28,788 bases of DNA from Chiloscyllium plagiosum (taxonomy: Eukaryota). How positions within the stretch are numbered: the first letter of the stretch is position 1; every line of letters starts with the position of its first letter. The stretch is taken from contig NC_057759.1 in NCBI RefSeq assembly GCF_004010195.1, forward strand, positions 2,461,199-2,489,986, written 5' to 3'. This document shows, piece by piece, positions 23,000-28,788 of this stretch. The position numbers were made by a program, and so were the translations under genes. A model generated the notes under the pieces. It searched no databases, had not been told where the DNA came from, and saw only the letters and a list, made by a program, of their open reading frames with translations.

Positions 23000-23850
23000 G
23001 GATACACCATAGAAATTAGGGGCCGGTGAAGGTCATTCAGCCCTTCCAATCTACTCTCTGCATTCAATCGGATCATCCTAATCTGTCTTCTCTTCCCCCA
23101 TTTTCTCATTTTAGCCCGCAAGAACTCTATCCAACTTCTCCCTGAACAGTATTCCGTGTTGTGGACCTGTGGTAAAGAATTCCACAGGGTCCCCCACTCT
23201 CTGTGTGAAGACATTATGCCCCATCACGGTCCTACTCCGTCTCCTTTCGACTGTAACCCCACTCCGGTTCTGTACTCCCACCTGTTCATCGGGAACCTCC
23301 TTCCTGTGTTTACCATGTTTAGTCCTCTTGCAATTCTATTGGATTCCCCGTTATTCTTATGAACTACTGAGAATCTAATAGTTAATCCAGTCTCTCTTCA
23401 TCCGTCTTGTCGTCCCAGGAATCACATTGGAAAATCTTCCCTGCAGTCCCTCCATAGCTAGAATGTCATTCCACAGATGAGGAGACCCCAAACTGCATCC
23501 ACAGTCTGGCAGAATATCGTCTCACCCTGTGTAATTGCAGAGAGACATCCCTGCTCCTGGACATGAATCCTGTCACTATGCAGGCCAACATTCTATTTAC
23601 CTTCTTCCCCGCCTGCTGCTCCTGCAATGCTCACTTTCAGTGACTGGTGTATGAGGGACCTTTCCCAATCCATCACCATATGGTTAATAATTCACCATCC
23701 TGTTTTTGCTCTCAATTGGATAATCTCACGCTGATCCACAATAAATCGCATCTGATGTACATTGGCCTACTGTCTCAACGTGTCGAAATCACACCGATGC
23801 ATCTCTGCATCCTCTTTCACATCTCCCCGTCCCTCTCAGAGTTGTGTCTG
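23000..23850 (-). mobile_element. CR1 LINE 3' fragment
   Basis: Antisense 'TLWNSLPQ' ORF2 end, aaagaattccacag and 3' UTR. Confidence 0.7.
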
Positions 23851-24029
23851 TCTCTAAAAACAGAAAAATAAACAGCAATGGTTTCTCAATGGAATAGATC
23901 ATTCTGTATTGCATTCCACTTCCAATTCTCTGGGGCAAGTGAGTTTCAAAATTGGGGCAAAACTGTTGGTGTTGATTTAGTTCCCTTTCCTACATTATGA
24001 AAACATTACTCGTTATGTAGTTGGCAGTC

Positions 24030-24385
24030 CGTTGTCATTTGCACCGTTTGGTAGCAGTAGTGTGTACTATCTACAAGGTGTACTGTACAAAGTCACCAAA
24101 GATCACCAGACAGCACCTTCCAAATCTACAGCTACTTCCATCGAGAAGGACCAGGGCAGCAAATGGGAACACCAAACCTTGCGAGTTCTCCTCTGACCCA
24201 CTCACCATCTTTCAGAAATACATTAGCCGTTCCTTCAGTGTCGCTGGGTCAAACTGCTGCAATTCTCTCCCTAAGTGAATTGTGAGTATACCTACAACAT
24301 GTGGAAGCACAGTGGCTCAGGAAGGCAGCTCACAGTCACATTCTCACAAGATCACTTGGAGACAGGGCAACAAATTAAATTGGAA
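24030..24385 (+). mobile_element. L2/CR1-group LINE 3' fragment (same family as 3190-3585)
   Basis: 'VAVVCTIYKVYCTKSPKI' matches 'VGVVYKIYTMHCRKSPKI'; tail resumes after the SINE at ~24692. Confidence 0.7.
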
Positions 24386-24390
24386 TCTGT

Positions 24391-24691
24391 GGGTGGCAGA
24401 GTGGCACAGTGGTTAGCACTGCTGCCTCACAGCGCCAGAGACCCGGGTTCAATTAACTGCCTTAGGCGACTGTCTGTGTGAAGTTTGCACATTCTCCCCG
24501 TGGATTTCCTCTGGGTGTTCCGGTTTCTTCGCATAGTCCAAAAATGTGCAGGTTAGGGGAATTGGTCATGCTAAATTGCCTGTAGTGTTAGGTCTAGGGG
24601 AATGGGTCTGGGTGGGCCCCGCTGCGACGGGTCGGTGTGGACTTGTTGGGCAGAAGGGCCTGTTTCCACACAGTAAGTAATCTAAAAAAAA
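24391..24691 (+). mobile_element. tRNA-derived SINE
   Basis: gtggcacagtggttagcactgctgcctcacagcgccagagacccgggttcaat head, taatctaaaaaaa tail. Confidence 0.9.
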
Positions 24692-25196
24692 GCTGGGCCC
24701 AGGCAGCGATGCTGCCATCCCATAAGTAAATGGAAACAAAATCAAAATCCTCTCCACCTACTCTGTTCCAAAGAAAGCAAGACGAATTATCCAGCTTTTC
24801 TTCATTGCTGAAATTTTCAATCCCGGACAACATCTTGAGGAATCTCTTCTGCACTCCTTCACTGCAATCTCATTCTTCCGAAAGTGCAGAGATTGAAACT
24901 CTTCACAATGGCCTCACCAAAACTCTGTACCGCTCAAACATCACCATTCCACTTCTGTAATCCACATGGCACACCACAGGAGCATGTGGGAATTCAAACC
25001 TGCCTTCCTGGCTCAGAGTTAGAGACATTCCACTGAGCCACCAGATTTCAAACTCGCAGACCCTGAACTGCCTGCTGGTGATTCCCATTTTCTCCTTATA
25101 TTCCGCGCTACCTGTACCCCAACTGACCTCTCCTTCCCCTTCAGCTTTCTGCTCTCACTCGATTCCAATTTTATTTTTGATATCATTTAATTGCAG

Positions 25197-25315
25197 GATG
25201 CCAGACTGACGCCGATGAGTATTGTATCACATACTCTGCATTGAACATTAGCGAGCCCTTGCAGGAAGAAGATGGAACAGCTGGAAATGTCTATGAGAGT
25301 ATTCCGCCCAAGTAA
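25197..25315 (+). CDS. Terminal coding exon (CQTDADEYCITYSALNISEPLQEEDGTAGNVYESIPPK*) with ITIM ITYSAL
   Basis: ttgcAG acceptor ending 25196; phase-1 translation gives ITIM ITYSAL (25226-25243) and NVYESI (25286-25303) before TAA 25313-25315. Confidence 0.8.
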
Positions 25316-26746
25316 GAAGCAAGAAGACAGACTAGGAAGGAGAAGTGGGGTTCGATCGACTCTATCGATCGTTTGGTGAAGTGTTATAATGCAACTCCTG
25401 CGTACAGAAGACAAACTTGTGAACGTTATGATGGAAACTGTGTTTCACAAGGCATTTGACTACAATCGTTTTCTTCCGTGGAAGTTGTTTTCACGTCGCT
25501 GTGTCTGTCAATCTATTCTGAGCCTCACACACCACCGAGTTTTACATTTGCCATTTATTTCGGCTGCCAGTGGCCTTTGTAAACTTAATGCCTGCCTTTC
25601 CTTCGTTCTCATATACATATCTGAGGATTGAGCTTTTTCAGTTGGCCCATGTTTAAGGGGAGGAATACTGTGAATGGACGATTAGGAATCTCTCCCATTT
25701 TGACTGTCTTTGAACAGGAATCGTCAGACTGATCTAACAGGTGGGAAATACTAAACCAGAAACCAGGCAGCTACAATGGCTACTGTTCAGGGTGAAAGTG
25801 TCCTGGGACGTGGAGCTTCAACTCGCAACTTCTGTCAGCACAGGCAGAACAGGCACTGAGGGACAAGTTACTGACAATCCAGATAGAGGAGACACGGCTG
25901 ACAGAGAGTCTCTACAGAAAAGGCTAAATCTCCGAAAGATCTGACAACCTGCTGGAAGGCTCAGCCTGACTTTCTGAGTTTCTGAACACCATTGTGGGAA
26001 TGTATGGGATTACTCTCGCTGCAGATGTTTTGGAAACTCCACGATGATGGGGGTGGGCGTATCACACACCTCCAGAGCAGGAGATTTGAATTTTGAAAGG
26101 GGAAGCGATGGCCTGGTGCTATTATGGGTGGAATGTTAATCCAGAGACCCCAGTAATATTCTGGGACCGGGGTGTGAATCACATCACGGCAGATGGTGGA
26201 ATTTGATTCGAACAAAATTCTGGAATTAAGAGGCTGATTGTGACCGTGAATTGATTATCGGTAAAACCCATCTGGTTCACTAATGTCTTTTAGGAAAGGA
26301 AGCTGCTTTCAGGCCAGACCCAGAGCAATATGGCTGGCATTTAACTGCCCTCTTGGCAATTAGGAAATGGCAATAAATACTGACCTGTCCAGTGATGCTC
26401 TCCTCCCATGTGTAATAAATGTTGGTTTCTCAGTCCGGCGGTACGGACACTACTATGGCACCAGTTAAGGGCTCGGACTGATGTAAATGAAGGCTTTGTT
26501 GAAGAGGTTAATACTTTAACACCGCCCACGTGCGGATTTGATAACTGCAGCACACCAAGAAAGGAGCAGTGCACGTCTGATTACAAATTGGTAAACAACA
26601 TCAGGGACAACATCAGCGTGAGGGCAAAAGCTCCTACCCAATAGGTGCCATGTGTCAATGGGAAGAACAGCAGGACTATGCCAATGAATTGTTAAAGATT
26701 AGAGCAATCACAGACTGTGATTGAGTTTTCGGTTTTTAAACACCAC

Positions 26747-27065
26747 AGCCCCTCATTCAGGCAAACGATGTAGGGCATTATTGGCAAGGATAGCATGTGT
26801 GTCTCTAATCATATAAACAGAGTCATATTGCATGGATTCAGATGCTTCAGTCCAACCCATCCTCTGACAAGGCTTCCTAAACTGAACTACCCCCATTTGC
26901 CTGTTAGCCCCTCATTCAGGCAAACGATGTAGGGCATTATTGGCAAGGATAGCATGTGTGTCTCTAATCATATAAACAGAGTCATATTGCATGGATGCAG
27001 ACGCTTCAGTCCAACCCATCCTCTGACAAGGCTTTCCTAAACTGAACTACCCCCATTTGCCTGTT
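26747..27065. repeat. Direct tandem duplication, 159 + 160 bp
   Basis: 26747-26905 and 26906-27065 differ by 2 substitutions and one extra T. Confidence 0.95.
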
Positions 27066-27540
27066 GTTACCCATATCTATTTGAACATTTCCAATCAATG
27101 TATCTGTCCAAATGTTTCTTAAATGTTGTAACTGTACCCGCCTTGATAATATTCTCGAGCTGTTCGTTCCATATATGCACCACCCAGGTCCCTTTTAAAA
27201 CTTTCCTCTCTCACCTTTAACATATGCCCTCAATTTTGGTCTCCCCTTCCCCGGAGGTAAAGACCTTCGTTTTTCATCTTATCATTACACCTCATGATTT
27301 TATAAACCTCTACAGGATCTATGCCTTAACCTCTGACATTCCAGGGAACAAAAGCGCCAGCCTATCCAACCTCTCCTTATTACTCAAAACCTCCAGTCTT
27401 AATAACATCCTTGTAGATCTTTCCTGCATCATTTCCAGTTTAATAATAGTCTTCTTACAGCAGGGCGACCAGAATTGCGTGCAGTACTCCAAATGTGGTG
27501 TCATTAATTTCTGGTGCAGCTATATCATAACATCCCAGTG
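26975..27540 (-). mobile_element. CR1 LINE 3' fragment
   Basis: Minus ORF 'TPHLEYCTQFWSPCCKKTIIKLEMMQERSTRMLLRLE..ERLDRL'. Confidence 0.85.
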
Positions 27541-27811
27541 TCCTCAGTGTTCTTTTAACAATCCATCACTTTTGCATAATAGTCCACTTCCTGTTCTTCT
27601 TCCCAGATTGGATAACCTTATGTTGACTCACTGTAAACTGCATCTGCCATGCATTGTCCCACTCACAACTTATCTAAATCACAATGATGCACCTCTGCAT
27701 CCGCTTTCACTGCTTGCCTCACTCCAAATTCTGTGTTGAGATGGAAAATGAAAGAAAAACACGATGGGCGCGGTATTTATTCAGCAGTGGGAAGTTTTAT
27801 TCCTCCACAAC

Positions 27812-27846
27812 CACCTGATGATGGAACAGCGTTCCGAAAGCTGGTG
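27812..27846 (+). ncRNA. Minimal hammerhead motif (family 3) in a short repeat ~27800-27940
   Basis: CAC-CUGAUGA-U-GGAAC(AGC)GUUCC-GAAA-GC-UG-GUG. Confidence 0.6.
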
Positions 27847-28230
27847 TGCTTCCAATTAAACCTGTTGTACTATAACCTGCTGTTGTGTGTTTTTTTAAAA
27901 TTTGTACACCCTATTCCAACACCGGCATCTCCAAATCATGACTTTTCACGGATAGTGTACTTTGGGATGGGTCTAATCTATCACTGAGTTACTGGAAATG
28001 TAATTTCTTGGTGGGCTTTGCTTTTGTACACAATAATTCTATATTTGAAAATGAGCAAATTTCCAATACATAACATCTTGATAGTTAATAAAAATTAAGT
28101 AGAGGTAAGCTGGCGGAATTCTATTGATCTGATGTGAGATGATTATCAGAGATTGAAAATTGAAATAACTCTTTATGCAGTAATCAGAAGAATTATAAAC
28201 GTAGCAATTGCTGGAAATGCATATGTGGGG

Positions 28231-28268
28231 AGTTAATGTTTCAGGTCATTTAACCTTTCCTCAGAACT
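28231..28268 (-). ncRNA. Minimal hammerhead motif (family 4)
   Basis: AGUU-CUGAGGA-A-AGGUU(AAAU)GACCU-GAAA-CA-UU-AACU on the reverse strand. Confidence 0.6.
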
Positions 28269-28269
28269 G

Positions 28270-28788
28270 TGTGGATAAGGGGGTTAGAATGAGGAGTTTT
28301 GGGGAAGAGGAAATGAGGGAGAGGGCTAGAGTGCGGTGGCAGGGGAAGCAGTAGAGGAGGGAAATACAGTAAAGGAGCAGAGAGAGGGCCAGTGGAAACA
28401 GGGTAAGGGCATAGTGAGGGACAGGGAAACGGGGAGGGGAATAGAGTGAGGGATGGGCAAATAAGGGAGGGGCTTAAAGTGGGGAGTAGGGATGACAGAG
28501 GGGTGCGATATGGGGGCCATGGTAAACGGGTCAGTGTTTAGAGTTAGAGGACAGAAAAACAGAGAAAGGGCACAGAGTGGGTACAGGGGAAACATGGGAG
28601 GGGGAATCGAGTGGAGAGGGTAGGGGAAACGGGATGGATATAGAGTAGGGTGTGGCGAGATTGAGAGCACATGGGCGGAGGCAATATTGAGGGGAAAAGG
28701 GGGTTAGAATGGGAGTGCAGCGGAATAGAGTGGAGGGAATGGAAATGGAAGAGAGAGGGAAGGATGTTAGAGTGGGCGAAGGCAAACA
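28270..28788. repeat. Purine/G-rich low-complexity tract
   Basis: Dense GGG/GGGG and GA runs; ggggttagaatg occurs twice (~28280 and ~28701). Confidence 0.75.

Larger units (their letters stand above)
726..25315 (+). pseudogene. Fc receptor-like (FCRL/PECAM-type) multi-Ig-domain receptor gene with ITIM-bearing tail; 5' end outside window; probably disabled
   Basis: Six AG..GT/GC-bounded phase-1/phase-1 exons each encode one C2/I-type Ig domain (e.g. EGESLELNC..FYKNG..DDSGWYNC; KGCLPIYYQFYK..GPQHSEDIEITV, resembling FCRL membrane-proximal domains). They are followed by short exons with tyrosine motifs. Two frameshifts and no TM exon seen. Confidence 0.8.

Noticed and set aside
27224..27739. 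171-aa plus-strand ORF
   Set aside because: Antisense of a CR1 RT fragment
28326..28785. Pro/Leu/Ser-rich minus-strand ORFs
   Set aside because: Artefact of a low-complexity purine tract

Overview
Vertebrate genomic DNA, most likely a shark (inferred from elasmobranch-type tRNA-derived SINEs plus CR1 and Penelope-like retroelements). The window holds most of one + strand, multi-exon immunoglobulin-superfamily receptor gene of the Fc-receptor-like (FCRL)/PECAM type. It has six phase-1 Ig-domain exons (726-15903) and five small cytoplasmic-type exons (18583-25315) carrying ITIM-like motifs (LEYAVV, SGYSEV, ITYSAL) and a terminal NVYESI. No signal-peptide exon is visible, so it probably lies upstream. 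The gene shows several lesions: frameshifts in Ig exons 5 and 6, Cys->Gly in Ig4, a GC donor after Ig3, no recognisable transmembrane exon, and no in-frame donor after the SGYSEV exon. It is therefore a probable pseudogene or encodes a truncated/secreted form. Introns are mostly CR1/L2 LINE fragments, four SINEs and Penelope-like elements. The Penelope-type termini carry minimal type I hammerhead-ribozyme motifs of four different sequence families. Also present are nested insertions with target-site duplications, an inverted copy of the exon-6 splice donor region, a degenerate telomere-like array and a 159-bp tandem duplication. Most ORFs in the supplied track are spurious.
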